Below the pieces are notes generated by a model. It had not been told where the DNA came from and ran no database searches. It saw only the letters and a program-made list of their open reading frames with translations. Position numbers and translations under genes: made by a program. Source: Eledone cirrhosa (Eukaryota). From it: DNA of 64,000 bases. Location of the stretch: NCBI GenBank assembly GCA_964016885.1, contig OZ024742.1, positions 96,720,001 to 96,784,000 of the forward strand. The letters are read 5' to 3'. Of the stretch, positions 63,196-64,000 are shown one piece after another (the first letter of the stretch is position 1; each line of letters starts with the position of its first letter).

Positions 63196-64000
63196 CCTTC
63201 AAACACCAAAGAAATAACGAGAAAGTTACTTACATTACTAAATCTTTACAAATTCTTGATTATTTTCTAAATTATTTGAAAATCATAGACAGCGTCATTC
63301 ATTAGAAATATGGTAACAAAAGGGTTAAACATTGACCACTCATGTGATGTATTCCAACAACTTTTCTCTATGCATCTACATTCATGATAATACTAAGATA
63401 AAAGAGACCAATCCAATGCAATGGTTAGCACTGATTAACATTGGCTTAAGAAATAGCAGCTTCAAACAGACATACTCCACAGAATCTTAAAAGCAACATT
63501 CACAGTCGGTGGTGGTGGTTATGAGTGGAAGAGTGTTGGTTGTTTTATACAGCGTTTATAGTTTATAGCATTCTATATAGTATTGATACATTACAGACAT
63601 GGCAGGAGTGGACGAGGAGAAGATAGGATTGTTTTGAATCCTGGAAAATGAAAGGAAAATATCTTCTGAGACATGGGCCACAGCATATTCATCATCATCA
63701 TTATCATAATCATGCTTATATTCATCGACAGATTAACCTTCAATACCCTTGTCATTGTTATCCTCATGACTAACATCATCATCACCATTGCCATAATAAT
63801 AATACACTGCCCCACCATCACCAACACAACTACTACCATACTGCCATCATCACCATCAACAATGTAATCACTATAATCAACTGCCACATCTGGTAATTAA
63901 GTAACAAGCATATTTCACATGAAATCTTCATTGTGTGTCTCTTTATTATATAATGAGACATAAAGAGAGAGAAATACAAATGATACTCTGTTTGTCTGTG

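Overview
AT-rich, repeat-saturated eukaryotic DNA. The SINE, RTE and microsatellite landscape suggests a cephalopod, probably octopus; that assignment is inference. No host protein-coding gene can be recognised with confidence, and most listed ORFs are artefacts of simple repeats. The main intact feature is a full-length ~6.1 kb Helitron on the minus strand (48593-54686, A|TC...CTAG|T). Its RepHel ORF has an N-terminal array of 23-aa STPR-like repeats and is broken by one nonsense codon and two frameshifts. The window also holds fragments of at least six retroelement groups: RTE (with a PHD-like finger inside ORF2), Tx1/L1, CR1, CRE, R4/Dong and Penelope. Other elements are two tRNA-derived SINE families, mariner/pogo/hAT/piggyBac-type MITEs, a non-autonomous Helitron and a probable solo LTR. 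The most striking unannotated pattern is a set of about eight short elements with unrelated sequences. Most are fold-backs sitting in (TA)n tracts, and each carries an intact or decayed type I hammerhead ribozyme core (Penelope-pLTR/retrozyme-like). A tandemly duplicated palindrome built from two convergent Pol III (tRNA-like) units is also present. All structure calls were made by eye and need computational confirmation.
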